Notes: generated from the sequence alone by a model not told the origin. Counted from the stretch's first letter, positions 9,420 through 18,060 are shown. The stretch is 64,000 bases of DNA from an uncultured Rhodospirillales bacterium (GCA_903835235.1 CAILMF010000041.1:7733-71732), one strand, 5' to 3'. A program made the numbers and translations.

Positions 9420-10835
9420 TCAGCTCCAGCCACCGCCCAACGCGCGGAACAGGCCAACGGCGGCCTGCAACCGTTGCAACCGGGCCTGGGCCAGTTGGTT
9501 GCGCGCGTTGAACAGGGTGATCTGGGTGTTCAGCAGCGTGATCAGGTCGATGGTGCCGGCGCGGAACTGCGCCTCCGAGATGCCATTGGCCCGTTCTGCG
9601 CTGGCGGTCGCGGCTTCCTGCAACGCCACCAGCGCGGTGGTCTCGCGCAGCGCGGCCGTTGCGGTCTCCACATCCACCAGGGCGGCGACGATGGCGCGCC
9701 GATAGCTCTCCAGCAATTCCTCGGCGCGGGCTTGGTTGAAGTCCCGCTGCGCCCGCAGCTGCCATTGCTGGAAGATCGGCTGGGTCACGCTGCCGACCAG
9801 CTGGAACAGCACGCTGCCCGGCCGCAGCAGGTTGTCGAAGATCAGGCTCTGGAAGCCGCCGGTGGTGGTCAGCTGGATCGTCGGCAGCATCGCCGCCCGG
9901 GCCACCGCGACATTGGCCTGGGCGGAGGCCAGGTTGGCCTCGGCCAGCCAGACATCCGGGCGGCGCACCAGCACATCCACCGGCAGGCCGGGCGCCACCG
10001 CCGGCAGGCGCACCTGCGCCAGCGGCACGCGCGGCATGGCCAGCCCCTGCGGCGCCTGGCCCGACAGCGTCCCCAGCGCGTAGAGATTGGTCTCCAGCGA
10101 TTGCCTGAGCGGCGGCACCGCGGCGCGCTGTTGCGCCACCAGGGTCTGCTGCTGCGCCAGGTCCAGCCCATTGGCGGTGCCGGCGGCAACGCGGCTCTGG
10201 ATCACCGCCAGCACCCGCTCGGCCACCTCCAGGTTGCCCTGCTGGATCGCCAGCTGTTCCTGCGCCGAGAGCACGGCGAAGTAGGTATTGGCCAGCGAGG
10301 CCTGGGTGGTGATGCGGACCACCCCGATATTGAACCGGCTGGCCGCCGCGGCTTCCTGCTGGACCAGCACGCTGTTGCGGGTACGGCCCCAGAAATCCAC
10401 CTCATAGGTCGCCGAAAGCTGGGCGCCATACAGCACGCGCTGGCTGAAGCGCGAGCGCCCCGCGACCGGCACGCCGCTGGCGGTGGAAAGCGGTGTCTGG
10501 CTGCGATTGGTGTTGAAGGTCGCGTTGCCGCTGGGCAGCAGCAGCTGGCCGGTGATGCGCACATTCGCATCGGCCTCGCGCAGTTGTGCCTCGGCGATGC
10601 GGATATCGAAGCTGGCGACATTGGCCGCCGCCATCAGCGCATCCAGCTCCGGCGAGCCGAAGCCGCGCCACCACTCGGCATCCGGCCAGGCTGCCGGCGT
10701 GGCCGGGTCTGCCGCCACCAGCCGGGCTGGCGTGGCCAGGCCGGAGGAGGGTGCATCCGGCCGCAACCCGCAGCCGGCCAGCAGCAGCAGGAGGGAGAGG
10801 CAGCCGGGCAGGGGGCGGAAGCGGGCGTGTCGCAT
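9420..10835 (-). CDS. NodT/OprM-family outer-membrane efflux lipoprotein
   Basis: Track ORF 9420..10871. It has a lipobox LLLLAGC and an OEP-type repeat architecture. It sits 11 nt upstream of mdtA in the same operon. The start is ambiguous (10871, 10847 or 10835); I chose 10835 (MRHARFRPLPGCLSLLLLLAGC). Confidence 0.85.
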   Translation of the reverse strand: MRHARFRPLPGCLSLLLLLAGCGLRPDAPSSGLATPARLVAADPATPAAWPDAEWWRGFGSPELDALMAAANVASFDIRIAEAQLREADANVRITGQLLLPSGNATFNTNRSQTPLSTASGVPVAGRSRFSQRVLYGAQLSATYEVDFWGRTRNSVLVQQEAAAASRFNIGVVRITTQASLANTYFAVLSAQEQLAIQQGNLEVAERVLAVIQSRVAAGTANGLDLAQQQTLVAQQRAAVPPLRQSLETNLYALGTLSGQAPQGLAMPRVPLAQVRLPAVAPGLPVDVLVRRPDVWLAEANLASAQANVAVARAAMLPTIQLTTTGGFQSLIFDNLLRPGSVLFQLVGSVTQPIFQQWQLRAQRDFNQARAEELLESYRRAIVAALVDVETATAALRETTALVALQEAATASAERANGISEAQFRAGTIDLITLLNTQITLFNARNQLAQARLQRLQAAVGLFRALGGGWS

Positions 10836-10990
10836 GAGTCTCGCCATTCTATAGGACGACCGGCGCGCCAACGGCAGGCCTTGTTACCCTTAGACATGCC
10901 ACCGGCGCGGCTCTGGTGGCGTTACCCTGCGCCAAGCTTCCGCCAAGGGCGCTGATGCGATATAACGCTGCGGGGAAATCGAGGCTGATC

Positions 10991-12049
10991 ATGACATTTT
11001 TGCGTGCTGCGGTACCGCTGGCGGTCGCCGCGTCCCTTTTCGTCGGGTCGGCCCCCGCACACGCGCAGGAGGCCGGCGCCGGTGGCGTCCCGCTCGACCG
11101 CCGGGCGGTGTTCGATATCGTCACCGAGAACGACTTCTACGCCAGCACGACGGACCGCTGGTACACCACCGGCACGCGGCTGGGTTACCTGCACCCTGAA
11201 CAGCGCCAGGCGGACCTGCCGGCACCGGCGGCCTGGCTGGACCGCCAGCTGGAGGGCCTGGGCTTCTTCGGCCCGGCGAATACCCGCTGGGGCATCAACC
11301 TTGGCCAGCACATCTACACCCCATCGGATGTCAGCCGGTTCAACCCGGACCCCAAGGACCACCCCTACGCCGGCTACGCCTTTTTCGACTTCATGCTGAT
11401 GCGCCGGACCGAAAGCTACCAGGACCGCTTCACCGTGCAGGCCGGGCTGGTCGGGCCGGGCAGCTGGGGCCGCAACAGCCAGGACTTCGTGCACGGCCTG
11501 CTGAACCAGGATGTCTCCCACGGCTGGAAGTACCAGCTGCGCCAGGAATGGGCGTTGGGCCTTGGCTTCGACCGCACCTGGCGGCTGCCGGCCAACAAGG
11601 GCACCCTGCCGCTGGGGCTGGAACTGGACGCGCTGCCGAGCCTGGCGCTGGCCGCCGGCAATGTCGCGGTCTATGCCCAGGGCGGCGGGCGTCTGCGCGT
11701 GGGCAGCAACCTGCACATGGACTACGGCCCCAGCCGGGTGCGCCCGGCCGCCGGCGACGGCCCTTCCGCGATCCATGGCAAGGGTGAGTTCGGCTGGTAC
11801 GTCTTTGCCGGCGCCGCCGGCCGTGCCGTGGGCCGCGACATCTTCATCGAGGGCAATACCTTCAAGCCCAGCCGCGGCCTGAACCGGCAGAGCCTGGTGG
11901 CGGACATGGATATCGGCGCGGCGCTGCTGATCCCGGTATACGACCGCTACGTGCGGCTCAGCTACACCCAGGATTGGCGCACGCAGGAGTTCGTCGGCCA
12001 GAAGCGCTACCACCACTTCGGCAGCTTCAACCTGAGCTACGCCTGGTAG
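10991..12049 (+). CDS. lpxR: lipid A deacylase LpxR-family outer-membrane protein (DUF2219-type)
   Basis: Track ORF 10916..12049 trimmed to ATG 10991, with GAGG upstream. Signal peptide MTFLRAAVPLAVAASLFVGSAPAHAQ. The body (FDIVTENDFYASTTDRWYTTGTRLGY...) and the beta-barrel-like C-terminus ...FGSFNLSYAW fit the LpxR family as I recall it. Confidence 0.65.
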   Translation: MTFLRAAVPLAVAASLFVGSAPAHAQEAGAGGVPLDRRAVFDIVTENDFYASTTDRWYTTGTRLGYLHPEQRQADLPAPAAWLDRQLEGLGFFGPANTRWGINLGQHIYTPSDVSRFNPDPKDHPYAGYAFFDFMLMRRTESYQDRFTVQAGLVGPGSWGRNSQDFVHGLLNQDVSHGWKYQLRQEWALGLGFDRTWRLPANKGTLPLGLELDALPSLALAAGNVAVYAQGGGRLRVGSNLHMDYGPSRVRPAAGDGPSAIHGKGEFGWYVFAGAAGRAVGRDIFIEGNTFKPSRGLNRQSLVADMDIGAALLIPVYDRYVRLSYTQDWRTQEFVGQKRYHHFGSFNLSYAW

Positions 12050-12104
12050 CAGCTAAGCGGCTGGTTCACCGCTTCAGGCGCTTGGCGCCTTTGCGGATCA
12101 GACG

Positions 12105-12830
12105 CTACGGCCGTACCGCCGGCGCCTCCACCGCCAGCCCGGCACCGCGCCGGGCCAGGAACAGCTCGATCTCGGTGTATTCCGCCGCGCCAAAGGCCGG
12201 CGCGGTGGCGCGCACGCCCACCATGCAGTTGCGCAGCCGGCGTTGCAGGCTGCCCAGCGCCTGCCATTCCAGCCGATACTGCGGGTAGCCATTGGCCTGG
12301 CCCTCGGGGATCAGCGCGCTGCCCAACCGCAGCCCGGCGCGCTCCTCATGGCATTGCGCGCAGCTCAGGTTCAACTGGCCGCGCCGCTGGCGGAACAGCG
12401 CCTCGCCCCGCGCCAGCGCCGGCGCCAGCCGCGGGTCCTCCGGCGGCGCCAGCGGCAGCCCGCGGGATTGCCGGGTGACGAAGGCCGCAAGCGCCAGCAG
12501 CGGCTCGCTTTCGCGGGCCAAGGGTGCGGCCTGCTGGCGTTCGGCGCGGCATTGCTGGATCCGCCCGGCCAGGTCGATCGGTGCCGCCGTTGCTTCGTCC
12601 CAGGCCGGGTAGCGCGTGGCCACGCCGGCCAGGCCGGCATGGCAATCGGCGCAGGCCTTCTGCGCCCGGCCCTCGGCGCGGTGGAACAGCGCCTCGCCCT
12701 CCTGCACCCAGAGCATGCCGGGATTGGCGCTGTCGTCGGCCTGCATCGCCTGCAACTCCCGCGACATGTCGAGCGCGCCGGAACGCGGTTCGGCCGCCGC
12801 CACCGAGACGAGCAGCAGCAGCCACTTCAT
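12105..12830 (-). CDS. soxA: dihaem cytochrome c SoxA
   Basis: Track ORF of 241 aa with a signal peptide MKWLLLLVSVAAA. Two CxxCH haem motifs (CADCH, CAQCH) and the downstream conserved Cys context LQRRLRNCMVGVR expected for the SoxA active-site haem ligand. ATGA overlap with the soxZ stop (12827-12830). Confidence 0.8.
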   Translation of the reverse strand: MKWLLLLVSVAAAEPRSGALDMSRELQAMQADDSANPGMLWVQEGEALFHRAEGRAQKACADCHAGLAGVATRYPAWDEATAAPIDLAGRIQQCRAERQQAAPLARESEPLLALAAFVTRQSRGLPLAPPEDPRLAPALARGEALFRQRRGQLNLSCAQCHEERAGLRLGSALIPEGQANGYPQYRLEWQALGSLQRRLRNCMVGVRATAPAFGAAEYTEIELFLARRGAGLAVEAPAVRP

Positions 12831-13147
12831 GTCACGGTGATGGCCCGCGTCTCGGTCTGGCGGAAATCGTCATCGCCTTCCCAGGTGAAGCTCAGCGTGC
12901 CGCTCTCGGTCGCCACCGTGGTGAAGCTGATGAAGGGGTTGGCGGCGATGGCGGAACTCAGCTCGGCCTGGAACACCACCTCCCCATCATAGTCGCAGGT
13001 GAAGCGGGTGATGATGTCGCGCGGCAGGATGGTGCCGTTGGTGCCCGGGCGGAAGCCGCTCTCCATCGGGTGCATGATCAGGGTGCGGATCTCGATGACG
13101 GCGCCCCTGGCCGCGCTGCGCGGCAGGTTCAGCAGCACGCGGGCCAT
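12827..13147 (-). CDS. soxZ: thiosulfate-oxidation carrier complex protein SoxZ
   Basis: Track ORF of 106 aa. IEIRTLIMHPMESGFRPGTNGTILPRDII...ISAIAANPFISF is the SoxZ pattern. Only 3 nt separate it from the SoxY-like stop. Confidence 0.85.
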   Translation of the reverse strand: MARVLLNLPRSAARGAVIEIRTLIMHPMESGFRPGTNGTILPRDIITRFTCDYDGEVVFQAELSSAIAANPFISFTTVATESGTLSFTWEGDDDFRQTETRAITVT

Positions 13148-13150
13148 GGC

Positions 13151-13588
13151 TCAGCTCTCGATGCAGGCGGCAAGGGTCACGATGACCTCCTGCCTGGTGG
13201 ACCAGAAGCTGCCATCGCTCATCGCCGCCACGGCGGTGATGAACTGCGACGTCGCCAGCCGCATGTGGGTGGCCAGCTCCGCCCGGCCGGCGCGCGGGCC
13301 GAAGCGCGCCGTCACCACCTGCGGCTGCGGGTTCTTTTCATTGAACAGGGCAATGGCGGTCACGTGGTCGGCCGTTGTCATCGGGCTGGCGACCGTGACC
13401 TTCAGCGGCACGACATTGCCGTTTTCCACCAGCGGCGGAATGTCCAGCTCCACCCGGCCTTCGCGCGGCACCACACCGCCGGTGAAGGCGCGGATCGCCG
13501 CGGCCTGATCCTCCGGCGTGGCCAGCCCGGCGGCCGGGCGCAGCGCCAGCGCCAGCAGCGCGCCGGCGGCGAATTCGCGCCTATTCAT
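13151..13588 (-). CDS. SoxY-related sulfur-carrier protein with non-canonical AACIES C-terminal arm
   Basis: Track ORF of 145 aa. Tat-type signal MNRREFAAGALLALALRPAAGLA and a SoxY-like immunoglobulin-fold body (VELDIPPLVENGNVVPLKVTV...). The C-terminus is ...VIVTLAACIES, not the canonical GGCGG. Confidence 0.8.
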   Translation of the reverse strand: MNRREFAAGALLALALRPAAGLATPEDQAAAIRAFTGGVVPREGRVELDIPPLVENGNVVPLKVTVASPMTTADHVTAIALFNEKNPQPQVVTARFGPRAGRAELATHMRLATSQFITAVAAMSDGSFWSTRQEVIVTLAACIES

Positions 13589-13970
13589 CAGCAGTGAGGG
13601 TCAGCAGGAAGGCAACCACGTCCTCGATCTCCGCTTCGGTCAGTATCGGCTTGCCGCGAAACGCCGGCGCCACGTCGCGCAGGCTGTTCGCCACGCCGTA
13701 GGAGGGCATGATGCTGTCCGGGTTCAAGCCCTGGCTGTCGGTGAGGCGCGCCCGCAGCGCCGCCGCGTCCCAGCGCCGCCCGGCGCCGGCCAGGGAAGGC
13801 GCCAGGTTGCCCTGGAAGCGTTCCTCCGGGAATGGCCCGGAATGGCACAGCAGGCAGAGCCCCTTCTGCCGGGTGGTGACGATGGCCCGGCCGCGCGCCG
13901 CATCGCCCTCGGCCCAGGCCGGCGTGGCGAGCAGCGCCAGGGCCAACCACCATCTAGCCGAAGACAGCAT
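13581..13970 (-). CDS. soxX: monohaem cytochrome c SoxX
   Basis: Track ORF 13581..14030 trimmed to the ATG at 13970 (MLSSARWWLALALLATPAWAEG signal peptide). Single haem motif CLLCH and GNLAPSL...PDSIMPSYG contexts. It overlaps the FCSD stop by 17 nt and the SoxY-like start by 8 nt. Confidence 0.7.
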   Translation of the reverse strand: MLSSARWWLALALLATPAWAEGDAARGRAIVTTRQKGLCLLCHSGPFPEERFQGNLAPSLAGAGRRWDAAALRARLTDSQGLNPDSIMPSYGVANSLRDVAPAFRGKPILTEAEIEDVVAFLLTLTADE

Positions 13971-15207
13971 GGGTAATGGTGGCGAACCAGCCCTCGGCAT
14001 ACTGCGCTTCCTGCGCGCGGAAGCTGGCATCGGCGTTGAGCGGGCTGATGCCGCCGGCGCCCGGCACGTCGCTCAGCAGGCCGTTGGCGGGCTGGTACAC
14101 GCCCGCGATGGAAATCCCATACTCCGGCGCCACCAGGCTGTAGCAGGTGTTCAGCAGCTTGGTCGGGCTGGGCGCTTCGCCCTGCAGCAGGCCCGCCACC
14201 ACCTGGGCGCAGGCGCGCGCCTGGGCATTGGCGGCAAAGGCGCTCTTTGGCATCGCCCCGCCGATGCAGGCATCCCCGACCACATGCACCCCCGGCCGCA
14301 GCCGGCTCTCGAAGCTCACCGGGTCCACCGGGCACCAGCCGCTGCGGTCCGCCACGCCGGCGAGGCGCGCGATCTCCCCGGCCTGCTGCGGCGGGATCAC
14401 ATTGCCCACGGCCGCGACATGCTTCTCGAAGTTGGTCTTGAAGCTGCGGGTCGCCGCGTCCACCTCGGTCACCTGGCCGCCAGCTGAACGCGAGACGTAT
14501 TCCAGATTCGGGTACAGCGCCGCCCAGGCCTGCTCGAACAGCCGCTGCTTGGAAAATTGGTCCTTGGCGTCCAGCACCAGCAGCTTGCTGCGCGGCTTGT
14601 TCTGCTTGAGGTAGTGCGCGACCAGGCTGGCCCGCTCATAGGGGCCGGGCGGGCAGCGATACGGGTTGGCCGGCACGCTCATCACCACCAGGCCGCCATC
14701 GGGCATGGCGCGCAGCTGGTCGCGCAGCAGCAGGGTCTGCGGCCCGGCCTTCCAGGCATGCGGCAGGCGCTCCGCGGCGGCTGGGTCGTAGCCGGGCAGG
14801 GCGGCCCAGTTGAGGTCCACACCCGGCGCCAGCACCACGCGGTCGAACGGCAGTGCGGTGCCATCGGCCAGCCGCACCGCGCGCTCCTCCACCGCCACGG
14901 CGCGCTGGTGCACCACGGTCACGCCGGCCCGCTTCAGCCCGTCATAGCCGAAGCGCTGGGCCGACATTTCCCGCAGCCCCGCGATGACGGCATTGCTGAA
15001 CGGGCAGGACATGTACTCGGCGCTGGCTTCCACCAGCGTCACCGCCACGCCCGCCGCGTGCAGCGTGCGGGCCGCGGTGGCGCCGGCGAACCCACCGCCG
15101 ACCACCACCACCTTGGGCTTCCCGGTCCCTTGGGCCAGCGCCAGCGCCGGGGCCGCGAGCAGCCCCAAGGAGGCCCCCAAGGCCAGGCGCCGGCGCATCC
15201 GGCTCAT
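13954..15207 (-). CDS. flavocytochrome-c sulfide dehydrogenase flavoprotein subunit (FccB/SoxF-like), Tat-exported
   Basis: Track ORF 13954..15618 trimmed to ATG 15207 (MSRMRRRLALGASLGLLAAPALALAQG). FAD Rossmann motif KVVVVGGGFAGATAA. FCSD C-terminal domain, 417 aa. Confidence 0.85.
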   Translation of the reverse strand: MSRMRRRLALGASLGLLAAPALALAQGTGKPKVVVVGGGFAGATAARTLHAAGVAVTLVEASAEYMSCPFSNAVIAGLREMSAQRFGYDGLKRAGVTVVHQRAVAVEERAVRLADGTALPFDRVVLAPGVDLNWAALPGYDPAAAERLPHAWKAGPQTLLLRDQLRAMPDGGLVVMSVPANPYRCPPGPYERASLVAHYLKQNKPRSKLLVLDAKDQFSKQRLFEQAWAALYPNLEYVSRSAGGQVTEVDAATRSFKTNFEKHVAAVGNVIPPQQAGEIARLAGVADRSGWCPVDPVSFESRLRPGVHVVGDACIGGAMPKSAFAANAQARACAQVVAGLLQGEAPSPTKLLNTCYSLVAPEYGISIAGVYQPANGLLSDVPGAGGISPLNADASFRAQEAQYAEGWFATITHAVFG

Positions 15208-15213
15208 GCTACC

Positions 15214-15235
15214 GGCAGGAGGCTTGCCTCCTGCC
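15214..15235 (-). promoter_or_regulatory. perfect 10+10 inverted repeat (GGCAGGAGGC-TT/AA-GCCTCCTGCC) 6 nt upstream of the FCSD start codon
   Basis: Read directly as ggcaggaggcttgcctcctgcc. On the mRNA, the only GGAGG near the start would pair with CCTCC. Confidence 0.4.
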
Positions 15236-15350
15236 GAGGCGCCGAACGGCGCCCGCCGGTCGCGCCCAAGGGCGCGCGGACCCGCGCGATGCGGCGAAAG
15301 CCAAGCCGCCGGACGGCGGCGCCCGGCGTCTGAGGGCGTGCAACGCAGCT

Positions 15351-15385
15351 GATACCGTCGGTCAAGGAACTTGGCCGACGGTATC
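15351..15385 (-). terminator. strong hairpin at the 3' end of iorB (11-bp perfect stem extended by a further 4 bp, GAA loop)
   Basis: gataccgtcgg-tcaaggaacttgg-ccgacggtatc. The right arm overlaps the iorB stop codon. There is no U-tract, so it is either a Rho-independent-like terminator or an RNA-stability hairpin. Confidence 0.5.
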
Positions 15386-17579
15386 AGTGCTTCAGGTCGG
15401 CATGGCGCAGCGGCAGGCGGCGCACCCGCTTGCCGGTGGCGGCGAAGATCGCGTTCAGCACCGCCGGTGCCGCCACCGCAATCGTCGGCTCGCCCACGCC
15501 ACCCCAGAAGCCGCCGGAGGGCATCACGATGCTCTCCACCGCCGGCATCTCGTCCATCCGCAGGGCCTGGTAGGTGTCGAAGTTCTCCTGCTCCATGCGG
15601 CCGTCCTTCACCGTGCATTCCTGGTAGAAGGCGGCGCCCAGCCCGTAGACGAAGCTGCCTTCAACCTGGGCGGCGATCTGCTGCGGGTTCACCGCATGCC
15701 CCGGGTCGGTGGCGGCGGTGATCTTGTGCACCTTCACCTCGCCGCCACGGCTGACCGAGACCTCGGCGCAGGCGGCCACATAACTGCCATAGCCCATGAT
15801 CGCGGCCAGGCCGCGATGGTGCCCGGCCGGCGCCGGCTTGCCCCAGCCGCCCTTGTCCGCCACCGCGTTCAGCACCGCCAACTGCTTCGGCGCGCCACGC
15901 AGCAGGGCGCGGCGGAACTCCAGCGGGTCCTTGCCGGCGGCATGGGCCACTTCGTCAATGAAGCATTCCATGTAGACGGCGTTCTGGTTCAGGTTCACCC
16001 CGCGCCAGAAGCCCGGCGGCACATGCGGGTTGCGCATGGCGTGGTCGATCAGCAGGTTCGGCACGCCATAGCCGAAGGTGAACTCGTTGCCGCCCTGCGC
16101 CATGCCCTGGAAGACGCGGCTGTCCAGCCCGTTCTCCAGCAGGTTCGGCGCAATGCCGGCCACGATGGACTGGCCGGAGATGCGCACATGCATGGCGTCC
16201 ACCTTGCCATCCGCATCCAGCCCGGCGGTCAGCCGGCACTGGGTGATGGGGTGGAAGCGGCCATGCAGCATGTCCTCCTCGCGGCTCCACAGCAGTTTAA
16301 CGGGCACGCCCGGCATCTGCTTGGCGATCTGCACCGCCTGGGTGACGTAGTCATGCCAGCCGCGCCGGCCGAAGCCGCCGCCCAGGTGGATCTTGTGGAC
16401 CTCGCATTGCTGCGCCCGGTGGCCGGAAGCCGCCGCCGCCGCGGCCAGCGCCGCGTCGCCATTCTGCGTCGGGCACCAGACTTCGCACTTGTCGGCGGTC
16501 CACACCGCCGTGGCGTTCATCGGCTCCATCGTCGCGTGGTTCTGGAACGGGAAGCTGTAGGTCGCCTCGATCTTCAGGACCGCCTTGCCCATGGCTTCCG
16601 CCATGTTGCCGGCGCGGTTGCCGATAAAGGCCTGGGTTGCGGTCAGGCCCTCGGCCACCATGGCGTCGATGTCGGCCTGCTGGATGCGGGCGTTGGGGCC
16701 CTCGTCCCACAGGATCTCCACCGCATCCAGGCCGGTCTTGGCCTGCCACCAGGTCTCCGCCACCACGGCCACGGCGGTCTCACCCACCTGCACCACCTTC
16801 TTGACGCCCGGCTTGGCCATGGCGGCGGCGGCATTGAAGCTGCGCACCTTGCCGCCGAACACTGGGCAATCCTTGATCGCGGCGTTCAGCATGCCCGGCA
16901 GCTTCAGATCGGCGCCATAGACCTGCTTGCCGTTCACCTTGTCCCGCGTGTCCAGGCGGGCCATCGGCTTGCCGGCGATCTTCCAGTCCTTCGGGTCCTT
17001 CAGCGTGATGCTGGCGGCCGCCGGCGGGGTGATGGCCGCCGCCGCCACCGCCACCTTGCCGTAGGTGGTGCGGCGATTGGTCTTGGCGTGGATGATGGTG
17101 CCCTTGTCCACCGTCAGTTCGGCGGCCGGCACCTTCCAGCTCTCGGCCGCGGCCTGCACCAGCATGATCTTCGCCGCGGCGCCGCCCTTGCGGACGTAGT
17201 CGTGGCTGGCGCGGATGCCGCGGCTGCCGCCGGTTGACATGTCGCCCCAGACCCGGTTGCGCAGCAGGTTCTGCGTGGGCGTCGGGTATTCCGTGGTCAC
17301 CTTGGCCCAGTCGCAGTCCAGCTCCTCGGCCACCAGCTGGGCCAGGCCGGTCAGCGTGCCCTGGCCCATCTCGCTGCGGGCGATGCGGATGACGACGGTG
17401 TCGTCGGCCTTCACCACCACCCAGGCATTCACCTCGGGCGGAATGGCGGTTGCGGCGGCCGGCGCGCTCTGGCCGGCGGCCTCCTCGATGAAGGGCGCCT
17501 GGATGGCCAGGGTGAAGGCGCCGAGCGCGGCGGAGGCCTTCAGGAAGCCGCGGCGGGAAGACGGTGCGATGTGCGTCAT
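15384..17579 (-). CDS. molybdopterin-binding aldehyde oxidase/isoquinoline 1-oxidoreductase beta subunit (IorB-like), Tat-exported
   Basis: Track ORF 15384..17627 trimmed to ATG 17579, with GGGAGGG upstream. Tat motif SSRRGFLKASAALGAF. Xanthine-dehydrogenase-family Mo-binding domains (SEMGQGTLTGLAQLVAEEL...). Confidence 0.85.
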   Translation of the reverse strand: MTHIAPSSRRGFLKASAALGAFTLAIQAPFIEEAAGQSAPAAATAIPPEVNAWVVVKADDTVVIRIARSEMGQGTLTGLAQLVAEELDCDWAKVTTEYPTPTQNLLRNRVWGDMSTGGSRGIRASHDYVRKGGAAAKIMLVQAAAESWKVPAAELTVDKGTIIHAKTNRRTTYGKVAVAAAAITPPAAASITLKDPKDWKIAGKPMARLDTRDKVNGKQVYGADLKLPGMLNAAIKDCPVFGGKVRSFNAAAAMAKPGVKKVVQVGETAVAVVAETWWQAKTGLDAVEILWDEGPNARIQQADIDAMVAEGLTATQAFIGNRAGNMAEAMGKAVLKIEATYSFPFQNHATMEPMNATAVWTADKCEVWCPTQNGDAALAAAAAASGHRAQQCEVHKIHLGGGFGRRGWHDYVTQAVQIAKQMPGVPVKLLWSREEDMLHGRFHPITQCRLTAGLDADGKVDAMHVRISGQSIVAGIAPNLLENGLDSRVFQGMAQGGNEFTFGYGVPNLLIDHAMRNPHVPPGFWRGVNLNQNAVYMECFIDEVAHAAGKDPLEFRRALLRGAPKQLAVLNAVADKGGWGKPAPAGHHRGLAAIMGYGSYVAACAEVSVSRGGEVKVHKITAATDPGHAVNPQQIAAQVEGSFVYGLGAAFYQECTVKDGRMEQENFDTYQALRMDEMPAVESIVMPSGGFWGGVGEPTIAVAAPAVLNAIFAATGKRVRRLPLRHADLKH

Positions 17580-17595
17580 GTTCTGTCCCTCCCGC

Positions 17596-18060
17596 TCAGC
17601 CGCGCCGCGCATTGGCGTCGGCGGCACGCTTGATGCCGGCGATGACCCGGTTGTAGGTGCCGCAACGGCAGATATTGGTGATGTTCTCGCGGATCTCGGC
17701 CTCGGTCGGCTTCGGGTTGGCTGCCAGCAGCGAAGCGGCGGCCATCAGCATGCCGGACTGGCAGTAGCCGCATTGCGGCACGTCCAGCGCCACCCAGGCC
17801 TGCTGCAGCGGGTGAGTGCTGTTGGGCGAAAGCCCCTCGATCGTGGTGATCTTCTGGTTCGGCTGCACCGCCGAAACCGGCAGCGCGCAGGAACGGACGG
17901 CCTGGCCGTCCACCTGCACCGTGCAGGCGCCGCATTGCGCGATGCCGCAGCCATACTTGGTGCCGGTCATGCCCAGCTGTTCGCGGATGACCCAGAGCAG
18001 GGGCGTGTCAGGGTCAACCTGCACGTCATGAACCCGCCCATTGACGTTCAACTTCGTCAT
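17596..18060 (-). CDS. (2Fe-2S)-binding small subunit of the molybdoenzyme (IorA-like)
   Basis: Track ORF of 154 aa. It has both [2Fe-2S] cluster motifs: GCGIAQCGACTV and CGYCQSG...CRCGTY. Confidence 0.9.
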   Translation of the reverse strand: MTKLNVNGRVHDVQVDPDTPLLWVIREQLGMTGTKYGCGIAQCGACTVQVDGQAVRSCALPVSAVQPNQKITTIEGLSPNSTHPLQQAWVALDVPQCGYCQSGMLMAAASLLAANPKPTEAEIRENITNICRCGTYNRVIAGIKRAADANARRG

